Assembly: GCF_020745735.1 (NCBI RefSeq)
Contig: NC_083424.1
Coordinates: forward strand, 15,300,999-15,364,998
DNA: 64,000 nt
Direction of reading: 5' to 3'
Source of the DNA: Hemiscyllium ocellatum
Lineage: Eukaryota
Every line of letters begins with the position of its first letter. Within the stretch, counting starts at the first letter, position 1. The position numbers were made by a program, and so were the translations under genes. The notes below the pieces were generated by a model. The model made no database searches. It was not told the DNA's origin and was given only the letters and a program-made list of their open reading frames with translations. This document shows, one piece after another, positions 1 through 13,028 of this stretch.

Positions 1-1775
1 GAAAGTTCTGAAAGGAGGGCTCAATTTCTGCACCATCACCAAAATGGGCCCGATGGGTCTTGCAGCAGACACAGAGGAATTCATGTCAGCAGTTTCCTAA
101 TGAGTCCACTGATAAACCAGACCAGTTATCACAGGGATCCGTAGAGGATCAACCAAAGGAGTCAACTTGGATCCCCATCGGAGGACCGCTGCCCTGGGCT
201 TGACATGTCAGGATGTACGTAATGCCAGATTCATCACCACACCGACAAGGTAGAGCAAAAGCATCACCTGATCACAACGCAATTCCATCCATGCTCTCAA
301 AACCAAATCACAACATTGTCATCAAACCAGCAGATAAAGGAGGAGCCATCATCATTCAGAAGAGAACAGATTACTGCAAGGAAGTGTACCGACAACTGAA
401 TGACCAGGAACACTACAGGCAACTACTTGCCAATCTGACCAACAGCACACCAGTGAACTAAAATCATTGATCAAGATCTTTGATCCAGTTCTTTAGCATC
501 CCTGCGCATGCTCATCCCACATACTTCTTGCTTTGGTGACTTCTACTGCCATCTAAAGATACACAAAGTCAACACACAAGGACGTCCCAACATATTAGGC
601 AATGGGACCCTGTGCGAGAATCTCTCTGGCTATGCCGAAGGTATCTTGAAATCCATCATATAGGCAACCCCCAGCTTCAGTTGTCACATTACAGATTTCT
701 TACAGAAACTCAACACCCATGGACCAGTCAAACCGGGAACATTCCTACGCTATGTTCTTTGCGGCCTGCCATACATTATCGATGAAGTTGAGCACCTTGC
801 CAAGACCTTCCCCACACCTCCACTTCTGGCCTTTAAAACAACCACCAAACCTCAAACAGATCATTGTTCACAATAAACTGCCCAGCCTTCAGGGCAACAA
901 AGACAACGACACCATACAACACTGTCATGGTGCAAGATGTATCAGAGTGTCAACACGGATACCACCATTACATTTGGGGACACCTCCCACCACACACACA
1001 GCAGGTACTCATATGAGTCAGCCAACGTTGTTGATCTCATTATGCTTCAGGCAAGGATGCCTTGAGGCATGGTACACTGTTGTTGCATCTGCTCGGACTT
1101 GCCAACGGACGAATGGATACTGCGCAATGATCACCAGGCAAGAGTGTTCCCTCCCAGTCGGAACAATTCACTGTGTGGGACATTTGGCTTCGGACCTTTG
1201 GTTACCATCCTCCAAGGCGGACTTCGGGACAAATAACAACGCAAAGTGGCCAAGCAGAGGGTGACAGCCAAGGAGATGGCCTCAACTGGAACCTTGGGTT
1301 CATGTCACACTACAGGTGACTTGCTGCACTATACATTCACACTGACCCTCTCTCATATGCAGACATTAGAAATAGAATCAGTCTGACTCAACATTGGGAC
1401 ACAGACAGACTTTAACCTTGCACCTTTCAATGCATTGGCTGAGCAGAGATGGCACCTATAGAAAACCTGAAGCCACCTTGAGAATGTAACTTTAAAGTAG
1501 GTCTGGAATTTACATATTAAAGAACTGAAACTAGCATACCTCTTCTAAAAGATGAAAGACCATCTAAATTTGTTTAATATCATTACATCTCCATGACACT
1601 GTAACTCTTTTGCTATAAATTCTGTGTTCTTATGTTCCTATTCCCCAATCACCTGATGATAAAGCAGCACATCGAAAGCTAGTGCTTCCAAATAAACTTA
1701 TTTGATTATAACCTGGTGTTGTGAGATTTTTAAACTTTGCCCAACCCAGTCCAACTCAACTCATCCAAATTAGAA
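1..1775 (+). mobile_element. Degenerate Penelope-like element, family B (RT N-terminal region, GIY-YIG region, 3' terminal repeat)
   Basis: IVIKPADKGGAIII motif in ORF 213..461; CFRQGCLEAWY; 3' region homologous to 41.9-44.1 kb element; frameshifts. Confidence 0.85.
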
Positions 1776-1801
1776 GTATTTAATACAATAGCTTACATGA
1801 T

Positions 1802-2111
1802 TTAGATTAGATTAGATTAGATTATTTACAGTGTGGAAACAGGCCCTTCGGCCCAACAAGCCCACACCGACCCGCCAAAGCGCAACCCACCCATACCCCT
1901 AACCTAACACTACGGGCAATTTAACATGGCCAATTCACCTGACCCGCACATCTTTTGGACTGTGGGAGGAAACCGGAGCACCCGGAGGAAACCCACGCAG
2001 ACACGGGGAGAATGTGCAAACTCCACACAGTCAGTCGCCTGAGGCGGGAATTGAACCCGGGTCTCTGGCGCTGTGAGGCAGCAGTGCTAACCACTGTGCC
2101 ATCGTGCCGCC
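1802..2111 (-). mobile_element. tRNA-derived V-SINE (HE1-like)
   Basis: A/B boxes, V domain, CR1-like tail with (TCTAA)n. Confidence 0.9.
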
Positions 2112-2269
2112 ACTTGTGCCAATTATAGTGATAACATTAAACACTTCTATTGCAACAACTCTTAATTCAGCCATTTATGCTGAATTAACTTAAGTCAACT
2201 TTAGCAACTTGTTCCAAAGAAATATTTTGAACGTTTCATTAGGCTAATGCTTTTTCTTATGATGCTTAC

Positions 2270-2375
2270 TTTGCTCAGGTCTTTGGCTGCAACACTATCA
2301 TCCTCACGACATGGCAAGCGATGGACGAAAGCCAGCATTGAATATTTGGCTCTGATAAATTCTGCTTTACTGGGG
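2270..2375 (-). CDS. GIT2: GIT2 exon 4 (PSKAEFIRAKYSMLAFVHRLPCREDDSVAAKDLSK)
   Basis: TTCAG| acceptor, AAA|GTAAGC donor, 106 nt; visible in ORF 2201..2467. Confidence 0.95.
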
Positions 2376-2936
2376 CTGAATGATGAAGAAAAAGAAAAGA
2401 GGGTGAGCAATTTGTTTGATAAGGCAAACGTTTTAAAAATTCCACAATGCACATTTATCAGGAACAAATAAGAGTTGATTTGTCAAGCGGCGTAGCATCA
2501 TGAGAGATTTATGGTTATTTCAATAAGTGGTGTCAGCACTGAGAAATGAAACCTATTTCAGATAATCCAAGATATACATGCAAAAAAACAAAATAATGCT
2601 ATCCCTACTTTGCCTTAATTGTCATAACTCCATCTCTATAATATGCTTCGGCTGTAATTTTTGAACACAACACAACTTTATTAGGGTGACATTTTCTGTG
2701 TTCCATACCAGTTACTGTCCAGTACTGGAAAAAAGCCAACATTCATGTGTGCTAGATTGACACAGCATTGTTCTGTAGCAATTGCCTTCCTATAACTGCA
2801 CTAATACACCCTTGCTGAAGCATAGCTTTGCTGTACTTAGTGAGTTGCTTGCATGCACAAACTTATGTTTTTCATGTGAACTTGGTGAATAAATGTGACT
2901 AAACAATTTATATTCTAGAATATTTATGGCACTTGG

Positions 2937-3140
2937 TTTTGATTAGAGTGGTGCTGGAAAAGCACAGCAGGTCAAGCAGCATCCAAACAGCAGGAAAATC
3001 GACGTTTCGGGCAAAAGCCCTTCATCAGGAATTCCTGATTTTCTTGCTCCTCAGATACTGCCTGACCTGCTATGCTTTTCCAGCACCACTCTAATCTAAA
3101 ATCTGGTTTCCCACATCTGCGGTCCTCACTTCTGCCTAGA
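2937..3140. mobile_element. Fold-back mini element, Penelope-like family A
   Basis: Inverted arms about 2938-3100 centred on ATCAGGAATTCCTGAT; 12-bp TSD TATGGCACTTGG at 2925-2936 and 3141-3152. Confidence 0.85.
2996..3033 (-). ncRNA. Minimal hammerhead ribozyme motif (family A)
   Basis: Minus strand AATTC-CTGATGA-A-GGGC-TTTT-GCCC-GAAA-CG-TC-GATTT: intact core, 4-bp stem II, GUC site. Confidence 0.75.
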
Positions 3141-3674
3141 TATGGCACTTGGGACTAATGAGATCAAAAGTTACGAGGAAAAAGCAAGACTAGGCTACAG
3201 AGTTAGTCAATCGGTTATGATTGGGATAAATGTCAGAGCAGGCTCGAAGGGCCAAATGGCTGCCTCCTATCTTCTATGTTTTTCTATTTGTTTTAAATCA
3301 GCAATTATTTGTTTTTTTAAGTGGGCTTACTAAAAGCCATGTAACATTCTGCAAACATTTTGATACTGGGCCCTAGCATACAGAGTTGCTCACTGTAACA
3401 TTATTACAGTACAAGTTTTCTGCAATTAGAGATTTTGAAAGGTTTTGAACATGAATTGTTCATTCCACTAAATGACTGATCAACCTTCCTAATTTTTTTA
3501 TTCAGTTGACTTTCACAAACCTCTATATGGCTCCATAAATATCTTCCCAATTCCAAGAGTTGGCTTGTGGCGAGGGAGACATACAATTTTAATTCCTGCA
3601 AATTACTGCTATTTATCAAAAAGTTAATTTAATCATTTCACAGATCGATTTAATTTTGCTGGTGAAATATTGGA

Positions 3675-4105
3675 GGAGCTGAGCTTCAGGGAGAGGCTGA
3701 ACAGGCTGGGGCTGTTCTCCCTAGAGCATCGGAGGCTGAGGGGTGATCTTGGAGGTTTACAAAATCATGAGGTGCATGGATAGGATAAATAGACAAAGTC
3801 TGTCCTGGGGTCGGGGAGTCCAGAACTAGAGGGCATAGGTTTAGGGTATGAGGGTAAAGATATAAAAGAGACCTAAGGGGCAACTTTTTCACGCAAAGGG
3901 TGGTACATGTATGTAATGAGCTGCCAAAGGATATGGTGGAGGCTGGTACAATTGCAACATTTAAGAGGCATTTGGATGGGTATGTGAATAGGAAGGGTTT
4001 GGAGGGATATGAGCCGGGTGCTGGCAGGTGGGACTAGACTGGGTTGGGATATCTGGTCAGGTTGGACCGAAGGGTCTGTTTCCATACTGTACATCTCTAT
4101 ACTCT
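3675..4105 (+). mobile_element. CR1 LINE 3' fragment
   Basis: GGAGGCTGAGGGGTGATCTT...GACCGAAGGGTCTGTTTCC tail. Confidence 0.85.
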
Positions 4106-4433
4106 GACTATAAACAGAAGTCTAAATTTAATTGCATAACTGAAATTAATCTAAATTTTTCAGGGCAATCGAAGTATCTTCTATTGCACTACCAACTGAT
4201 AACAAAGAGGACACTGAAATTTTAGATGAGTACCAAGAGAATAAGATTTATAAGATGGGATGGTCTAAAAAAAAGCTTCCTATTGAAAGTACTCAGCATA
4301 TCTGGCAGCAACTGTGGAGGGAGAACACATTCCTGATTCACTGACCCAATAACAACTGAAATGCTAGAGCTACTTATTGTAAATTCAAACAGTGTATCAA
4401 ATAGAAGTATAAAGCAGGATTTGATATACTTAC

Positions 4434-4546
4434 TGCACTTTATCTTGAGGGCTGGCCTTGCGCTTTCCACTCATTAGAGAAGTAGGATCTAGTAACGAAT
4501 GCTCCCAGATTGAATTGGCACCATTGCTAACAAGAGTTTGCACCAT
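4434..4546 (-). CDS. GIT2: GIT2 exon 3 (MVQTLVSNGANSIWEHSLLDPTSLMSGKRKASPQDKVH)
   Basis: TTCAG| acceptor, CA|GTAAGT donor, 113 nt, in frame with flanking exons. Confidence 0.95.
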
Positions 4547-5906
4547 CTGAATTAAAAACGTTTTTCTTTAAAAGCTAGACTGGAATACAGTATTGACATT
4601 AATGCTTTTACAAATGATGGCACTTCTGCCATGGGCATTTTCTTCGATTCTGGAGAGATTAAAGAGTTAGATTAGGAGGGAAACAATAGCTAAGTAGAGC
4701 CTAAAATGTCACAAGCTGGCTTGAAGGGTTGGGACATGGAAATAACCGCAGTTTGACTCATAAATCACTATCTTTAGTGAATTAATCCTTGTAACTTGCA
4801 ACAACAGCATGATGAGGGTACAGTAACAGCCCTGATCAGAAGCCACAATAATTATGTTCGACTGATCTACAAGGTTAAGGCCTCATGGATTTTTTTTTAA
4901 ACCAAGCTTGACATGATCCAGCAAACCAGTAACCTCATAACTGCGTAAAGTGTTCACATACAGGATGAGTACTAGTCAGAGACAGCATAAAATGAAAAAG
5001 GTATGTCATCAATAAGGAATGCCCAGTTTTAGCACTTCAAAAAGTTAAAAATGATCCTAGCACGTAAAAGTTAGGAAAGCTCAGTAAGATGTGACAACTC
5101 AATCTCTAACTAGGATCTATTTACTTTCCATGAAGAGGATTCCATGTTTGAGTTTTTTTTCTCTTACCCATTTTCCATTTTTACTTTTCTGCTTTGATTA
5201 CAAAAGATAGTGATTCCACAGGAGCCACATATATTGCTATATCATGTTTCCATTAATTTTCATTCATCTCAAGTTACTGCTGAAGGATTATATATCAATG
5301 AGGCAATAGCACTAAAAACTGCCTTTTCTAAATGGTGAGGCCTACAAAAGTCAACAAATGGAAATATAAACAAATAGAATGGAGCAATCTAGACTTCCCA
5401 GTTCATTGAACCCATGTGACCCAAGTGCAGTAGGTCCAACCTCTGCATGTCTTCTTAGTCCAACCTGGTGAATAGATAAATTGTTTCTTGATCTGTTAAG
5501 AAAGCTGCTATCAGCCACTAGCTAATGATGCACCCAAGTCAGTCCCTATTTCAATTTTCATACATTTATCAGGAAATGGCCATCCCTTTCACTTGGATGG
5601 TGAGATCAGATAGAGCAAATAGATTATTATGGCCGCAGAAATGCATTTTATCATTCAACGGCTAGAGTTCTCATTTTCAGAGAGGTATTGGCTAAAACTG
5701 GCTGCAAACCTTCTTCCCAACTTGCACTTCTCAGCAGATTACATGGCTGCTGATGGCTGGAGAGCATGACTATAAGATTCAGCCTTATCGGACTAACTGG
5801 TCCTTTGCAGATATCAGGCAAGATTAGGAACTCATCTAGCTCCCCTTTGAACTTCTGCAGCAAACCTATACTCATCAAGGAGCCAAGATTACAAAATATT
5901 CCTTAC

Positions 5907-6040
5907 CTGTAGCAGTGTGGGAGGCCACGGTGTGTGTGTCAGGTGTCGTACCTGAGAGATATGTCGGCCCAGACTACGGTGTACACTGCAACAGTCATCG
6001 CAGATCAGAACACCCCTGTTTATGGATGCCCAGCGAGGAT
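5907..6040 (-). CDS. GIT2: GIT2 exon 2 (DPRWASINRGVLICDDCCSVHRSLGRHISQVRHLTHTPWPPTLLQ)
   Basis: TTCCAG| acceptor, CAG|GTAAGG donor, 134 nt, second CxxC plus catalytic Arg. Confidence 0.95.
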
Positions 6041-6410
6041 CTGGAATAGAAGCAATTCAGGTCATTTTTTTGAAAAATGGTATCTTATTTTTCAAAAATC
6101 TTTACCACACCTCAAACAGCAAAATGCTCCAATAGCAATGCAAATGTTTTCCATCTCTGCTATGAAACTGATCTTACAGACTTGAACTCCTGATTCTGAA
6201 GAAAGCAACAGAATATTAAATGTAACACATCAGATATATTGTTCCATCATTTGGACATTCATAAAACCCCAATTTTAAAAGTCTATTTTTTTGGAGGGTG
6301 GAGTGGGGTACCAAATAAAATGTCAGGAAGGCAGTCAAATAATGCCCTCTTGTATCTCAATCCAAAGATAACAGATTCTCAAGTTTAGTGTTAATAGGCA
6401 TATTCTTTAA

Positions 6411-8195
6411 AGGAGAGCGTGAGGACTGCGGATACTGGAGATCTGAGTGAAGAGTGTGGTGCTGGAAAAGCACAGCAGGTCATGCAGCATCTGAGCAGCA
6501 GGAGAATTGATGTTTTGGGCATAAGCCCTTCATCAGGAATGAGGCTTGTAGGCCGGTGGCTGAGAGATAAATGGAGGGGGAGGAGTGGCTGAGGTAGACG
6601 AGAAAGCCATAGGTGGATGAAGGTGAGGGAGATAGTGATAGGTTGGAGGGTGTTGGAGCTGATAAATGGGAAAGGTGATGGACAGGTCAGGAGGGAGGTG
6701 CCGAGTTGGAGGCTTGGGACTGGGATAATGTGAAGGGAGGTGAAATTAAGCTGGGGGAGGGGTTGGAGTGGAATATGAGGCGTTCTTCCTCCAGGCGTTG
6801 GGCGGTAACGGTTTGGCAGACACAGATGTTCTGAGATGATCCACAAAGCGGCGTCCCGTCTCCCTGACGTAGGGGCCTTGGGATCCTGCAATCACATGGC
6901 ATAAATGTGGATTTCAACTGCATCCTCATTTCCCCTCCCCCCCCATATTATCCCAGTCCAAAGCCTCCAACTCAGCACTGCCCTCCTGACCTAGTCATCA
7001 CCGTTCCCATCTATCCACTCCAACCCCTCGCTTTCTCAGCTACCTTCAACCCCCAACCCCACCCACCCAGCCCACAAGCTTCATTCCTGATGAAGGGTTT
7101 AGGGTCCTAGAGATGCACAGCACAGAAACAGACCCTTCGGTCCAACTTGTCCATGCCGATCAGATATCCCAACCCAATCTAGTCCCACCTCCCAGAACCT
7201 GGCCCATATTCCTCCAAACCACTTCTACTCATATACCCAACCAGACGCCTTTTAAACCTTGCAATTGTACTAGCCTCCACCACATCTGCTGGTAGCTCAT
7301 TTCATACACGTACTACCCTCTGTGGGGAAAAGTTGCCCCTTAAGCCTCTTTTAGAGCTTTTCTCTCTCACCCTAAACCTATGCCCTCTGGTTCTAGACTC
7401 CTCGACACAAGGGAAGGGACTTTGTCTATTTATCCTATCCATGCCTCTCTGTAAGGTCACCTCTCAGCCTCTGACGCTCCAGGGAAAACAGCCCCAGCCT
7501 GTTCAACTTCTCCCTATAACTCAAATCCTCCAACCCTGACAACATCCTTGTAAATCTTTTCTGAACCCGCTCAAGTTTCACAACATCTTTCCGTTAGGAA
7601 GGAGACCAGCACTGCACGCATTATTCCAGCAACATGAAATCCCAACGTCTGTACTCCATACTCTGACCAATAAAGGAAAGCATACCAAACGCCTCCTTCA
7701 TTAGCCTATCTACCTGCGACTCCACTTTCAAGGAGCTATGAACCTGCACTCCAAGGTGTTTGTTCAGCAACACTCCCTTGGACCTTACCATTAAGTGTAT
7801 TACTCCTAAAATTTGCTTTTCCAAAATGCAGCACCTCGCATTTATCTAAGTTAAACTCCAGCTGCCACTCCTCAGCCCGTTGGCCCATCTGACCAAGATC
7901 CCATTGTAATCGGAGGTAACCCCTCTTCGCTGTCCACTACACCTCCAATTTTGGAGTCATCTGCAAATTTACAAACTGTACATCTTATGCTCACATCCAA
8001 ATCATTTATATAAATGATGACAAGTAGTGGACCCAGCACTGATCCTTGTGGCACACCACTGGTCACAGGCCTCCAGTGTGAAAAACAACCCTCCACCATC
8101 ACCCTCGATCTTCTACCTTTGAGCCAGCTTACACCTGAAACATCAATTCTCCTGCTCCTCAGATGCTGCCTAACCTGCTATTCTTTTCCACTAAC
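6411..8195. mobile_element. Fold-back Penelope-like family A element interrupted by a CR1
   Basis: Left arm 6411-6890 (minus; QRLEEERLIFH GIY-YIG C-terminus), right arm 6897-7100 plus 8128-8195; TSD ATTCTTTAA at 6402-6410 and 8196-8204. Confidence 0.75.
7103..8126 (-). mobile_element. CR1 LINE 3' fragment
   Basis: [15 protein letters not shown]...KFADD in ORF 7872..8102 plus CR1 3' UTR. Confidence 0.9.
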
Positions 8196-8557
8196 ATTCT
8201 TTAAGGGGACCACAACATTATTTCATTGCATAGTACAAGGAGCGTTAACCTGCTTCTAATTTGTATCATCCAGAAGCATTGCTGGAAACAAATCTTAATC
8301 CAGTCCCCAAGTGACAATTTCACAGCACAAACTGACTCAAAATTTACCAGTGTTAGTTCAGTTCGCCCATAGAAAGAGAACTAATGTAAGAAATCACAAA
8401 ATAAGAGGAATTAAAATAAGTTCTGCTTTTAGTTTATAAAATATATTTTCTTAAACATGAAGAAACAATTATTGGTGTATTAGCAAGGAGGCTCAAACTG
8501 TGAATTATCATAACCTTGCTTAGTTTTTTTTAAGAAAGTTTGACATTGCTACTCAAT

Positions 8558-9018
8558 GCTGAAAAACGTGTTGCTGGAAAAGCACAGTAGGTCAGGCAGT
8601 ATCCAAGGAGCAGGAGAATCGATGTTTCGGGCAAAAGCCCTTCTTCAGGAATGAGGAGGGTGTGCCAAGCAGGCTAAGATAAAAGGTAGGGAGGAGGGAC
8701 TTGGGGGAGGGGCATTGGGAATGCGATAGGTGGAAGTAGGTTACGGTGAGGGTGATAGGCCAAAGAGGGGGTGGGGGCAGAGGGGTCGGGAAGAAGATTT
8801 CAGGTCAAGAAGGCGGTGCTGAGTCCAAGGGATTAGACTGAGACAAGGTGGGGGGAGGGGAAATGAGGAAACTGGAGAAATCTGCATTCATCCCTTGTGG
8901 TTGGAGGGTTCCTAGGCGGAAGGTTGATGTGTTGGGTGGGAGTGGAGAAGAAGAGAGAGAAGAGAAATGAGGAAGCTGGAGAAATCTGCATTCATCCCTT
9001 GTGGTTGGAGGGTTCCTG
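8558..9018 (-). mobile_element. Penelope-like family A 3' fragment with internal duplication
   Basis: Same terminal repeat as 2.9 kb; FRLGTLQPQGMN C-terminus; about 52-bp direct duplication. Confidence 0.75.
8616..8653 (-). ncRNA. Hammerhead motif (family A)
   Basis: CTGAAGA-A-GGGC-TTTT-GCCC-GAAA-CA-TC on minus strand. Confidence 0.6.
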
Positions 9019-11395
9019 CTCAATACCAAACAACATTTTAATAACACTCCATACAATCAATGCAGCACATCATTCGAAATAAAGATGTAAGAAATCTAAA
9101 AAAAAATTTCAAAACTGCATTAAATTTTCTCATTATCCATGGCACCACTTAACTCTCTCCACTTCATTAAAAGAACCTTTGCAATAAAACAACTCTAACA
9201 GAAAGGATACAGAGTATACCATTGTTAGTGAGGGGGTATATTGTGAAAATGGAAGTTAGCATCAATGCTCAACGTAGTCGCCAAAATTTGTGATGAATGA
9301 CTCAATACAACCTCAGAAAAATATAAATACAAAAGAGGGGAAAAAAGATCTACTTGAGCACAAGTCAAAATCTCATTTAGTTTTCAACTGAAACAAATTC
9401 TGTAAATTTTGGCACTACTGACTAGTGAGATTTCACCGTACAAAATAAAAAAAAGTTCCAAGTGTGGATTCCAGTTCTTTTCCGATACTAACTAGAATAA
9501 AAAGTGGATGAGAAGGGTGCCTGTTGTCATAAGTTACAAAAGATATATTTTGGATTTTGTCCCAGATGCTCAAATTTATGAGGGATAGCAAATCAACTTC
9601 AAACCTTGCATTTGGAGGCCTGCATCTTTTGCAACACACGTACACAGCTCCCTCACCATCTCCTAAACAATATACTGAACGTGGTAGTAAAGGTTACCAG
9701 AATTGATCCTGTGCTGTGAACTAAAGCAAAAGACTAAAACAAATAAGGAAGTCATTCCTATTCCTTACTCTGTGACTCCTATTATAAATAATCATTTGTA
9801 AAATTGAGTAAAACTTATATAAAAGTATTGAACAGGAGGTAAATGTTTATATAGATTTGATAAAAGCTTCAATTTATGTTACAAACGAAAATTATTAGGA
9901 GTCAAACCAGGTTTACTATATTCACTTCTGTTTAATGTGGGCTAGCTGGGAGAACAGGGGAAAGAGGGGAAAAAGTAATTTACTTCACTTAGTTTCTCAA
10001 CAGAATCACTCCAAAAGGAGCAGCTGGGAAATGTTTTGTTAAATCTGAATATTTTAAAATACAGATGCTGTTTTGAATTGTCCTTTGATTTCTCAATTTA
10101 AGTATTATGCTTCTGCTGCTAGGAAGGAGATGTCACAGGTTTGGGAGGTAATGTTGAAAAAATTGAGTTGCTGCAATGCGTCTCGCTGGTGGTAAATATT
10201 GTTGCCAGTCAGGGGAGGAATGAATGCCTAACCTGTTACCTTATGTCTCATTCTTTACTGCTCATTTTTATAAAAATGTAGGTTGCTACAGCTATGTGTC
10301 GTAAGATGTCCCAAAACATTTCATAACTAGAAGCTTCATCTAAACTGGGGTTCAGGGAAAATTAGAACAAGAGTCTAGTTAGGTTTCCTAGGAGATATTT
10401 TTCATCTTACAACATTTATTAAACCTGCCTCAATACACATCAATAGTTCTACAATAGCTTGGTTGGATTCATATCATATTGTTCTAGAGAATATACTAGA
10501 ATTGTTCCTCGTGACTACCCCTGTCAATTTGATTTATGCAATTTACAAGAAGGTTAAAGTCGGCCACGATTAATGTGCGTTCGGCTCTGCTATAATACGA
10601 TAGTTCCATTCTCATGCAATGAGAAAATCGCATAATAGCAGCATCATTTAAACTAATGGTACCATGTTATAACCAATATCTGCTTTAAAACTGTGCGCTT
10701 TGGAAAGTATTCCCAATACATCAATTGTGTTCGAGCAAATTCACATTAACAAAATGCAGAACAACGTGTACTGCCTTTCTTTACATGTTTTCATAATCTT
10801 CTGATTTATTCTGTCAATGAGTGTGCAGGGGCAAGGATGTGGGGTCAGGGAGCACGTGGGGGCAAGATGTAGGGTAAATGTAGGGTCAGGGACAAACGGG
10901 GACCCCAGCAGGATCCCCATGTTGCAATGAGTTGTCTGTTTGCTGATTTCTTTGGAATCCAGCTACCGAACACCCTTGAGTAGTCATCAGCCTACTTTTA
11001 CAGCTAGTTCAACATAATCAACCTGTGAGGGGATTGGTTGACCCAGCATCTTACTCCAGTGCCTGAATACTGTTGAGCCAATTGTTCTGAACATTGGAGG
11101 CATCTGCCTGCAGCAACTTCAAAATTTATTTTAAAAATCCTGTTCAGCCATGTTGTGACACACCTCTTGCAGCAATTGGGATTTGAACCTAGACCATCTG
11201 ACATCTGTTAGCTGGACAGCTGTTTTTTGATGCAGAGTAATGCCAATGGTGTGGGCTCAGTTCCTGCACCAGCTGAGGTTACCATATATAAAAAAAAATT
11301 TCTCTCTCAACTTTTGAGGTATGGTGACCCTCAGGTTAAACCATCACCAGCTGTCACTGTAATGAGCGCGCAATCTGATGATCTGCAAGGACTAT

Positions 11396-11740
11396 GGCAG
11401 CATGGTGGCTCAGTGGTTAGCACTGCTGCTGCACAGCGTCAGGGACCCGGGTTCGATTACAACCTCAGACAACTGAGTGTGGAGTTTGCACTTCTCCCCA
11501 TGTCTCGGCAGGTTTCCTCTGGGTATTCCAGTTTCCTCCCACAGTCCAAAGATGTGCAGTTAGGTGAATTGGCCATGCTAAATTGCCAATAGTGTTCAGG
11601 GATGTGTAAGTTGGGTGCATTAGTCAGGGGAAATTTAGAATAGTAGGGTAGGGGAATGGGTCTGGGTGGGACTCTCTTCAGAATGTTGATGTGGACTTGT
11701 TGGGCCAAATGGCCTGTTTCCAAATTGTACAGATTCTGTG
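11396..11740 (+). mobile_element. V-SINE (older copy)
   Basis: TGGCTCAGTGG, GGTTCGATT, V domain. Confidence 0.85.
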
Positions 11741-12933
11741 ATTATTCCTTCCAGTATTTTCTTCCTTCAACCAAATGGACTCTACACTTTCCAATCCAAA
11801 ATTTCTAGCTCCCATCTTATTCTAGTCCCAACAAAATGCTACCCACCAGCTTTTCCTTACTGCCAAATTAGTCCAGTTTCTAATTTCCTTGTAACCATGT
11901 CTCTGTAATGGCTATAAAGATCACGCCTATTCACCTGCGTTTGTGCTGTTAAATAATTAGTTTTATTCCTAAACACTGTGCACGTTCAAGAGCAGAGCTA
12001 TTAATTTTGCCATTTTCCCCTTTTGACTGTTTACTGTTGCTTTTCTATGTTCGTAGACTGTCCCTTGCATTATTAACAATATTGCTCTGCTCTCTTGCTT
12101 CCATATTGTCCTCTGCCTCCCCTACAATTAGTTTAAGCCCTCTCTACAACTCTGGTTATTTGAACCGTCTACACACTAATCCAAGCTCAGGCTATGTGAA
12201 GCACAACATAATGGAACAGTTTCCTTCTACCTCAATACAACGTCTAACAAATAGAAATCAATTCTACCCACAGCAATTTTGGAGCTATGCATTTAACTCC
12301 TTGATTTTGTTTAAACCTGTGCTAACTTGCCCTTGGCTCAGGTAATAATCCAAAGATCACCTCAGAAATTCTGCTGCTTTTTAAAATTTAACTCTTGGCT
12401 GTTCAAAATCTTTCAGCAAAAACTCCTTCCCAGTTATGTTAGTCACTGGTACCCACATGAATCTTGACAACTAGACCCCACCCCTCCCATCTAAAGTTAA
12501 AATGAATTGAATTTATTGTCAGGTGTACCGAGGCAAAGTGAAAAGCTGTCTTGCAAACAATACAGGCAGATCACATAGTTAAGTAGCATAGATAAGTAAA
12601 TAATAGGTAAACAGCAACAAAAACAAAAACACAGGTCCAGGCGAATGTTAAAGAATTTGAGAGTCCATTCAGTATTCTAACAGTAGGGTAGAAACTATTA
12701 CAAAACCAGCTGTTGTGTGTGTTCAGGCTTCGTACCTTCTCCCTGACAGTAGAGGGTGTAGTAAAACATTGCCAGGGTGGGATGGATCTTTGAGAATGCT
12801 GGCAGCCTTTTCTTGACAGCAGGCCTGGTAGATGGATTCTAGAGGTTGGCCTTTGTGATTGCTCAGGCAGAGTTCATCACTCTCTGCAACCGTCTCCAAC
12901 CTTGAGTGGTATAGTTGCCACACCAGGTAGTGA

Positions 12934-13027
12934 GCTGAAAATGTGTTGCTGGAAAAGTGCAGCAGGTCAGGCAGCATTCAAAGAGCAGGAAAATCGACGT
13001 TTCGGACATGAGCCCTTCTTCAGGAAT
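12934..13027 (-). mobile_element. Family A single-arm insertion of about 95 bp
   Basis: TSD CAGGTAGTGA/CAGGCAGTGA at 12924-12933 and 13028-13037. Confidence 0.75.
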
Positions 13028-13028
13028 C
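12991..13028 (-). ncRNA. Hammerhead motif (family A)
   Basis: CTGAAGA-A-GGGC-TCAT-GTCC-GAAA-CG-TC on minus strand. Confidence 0.7.
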
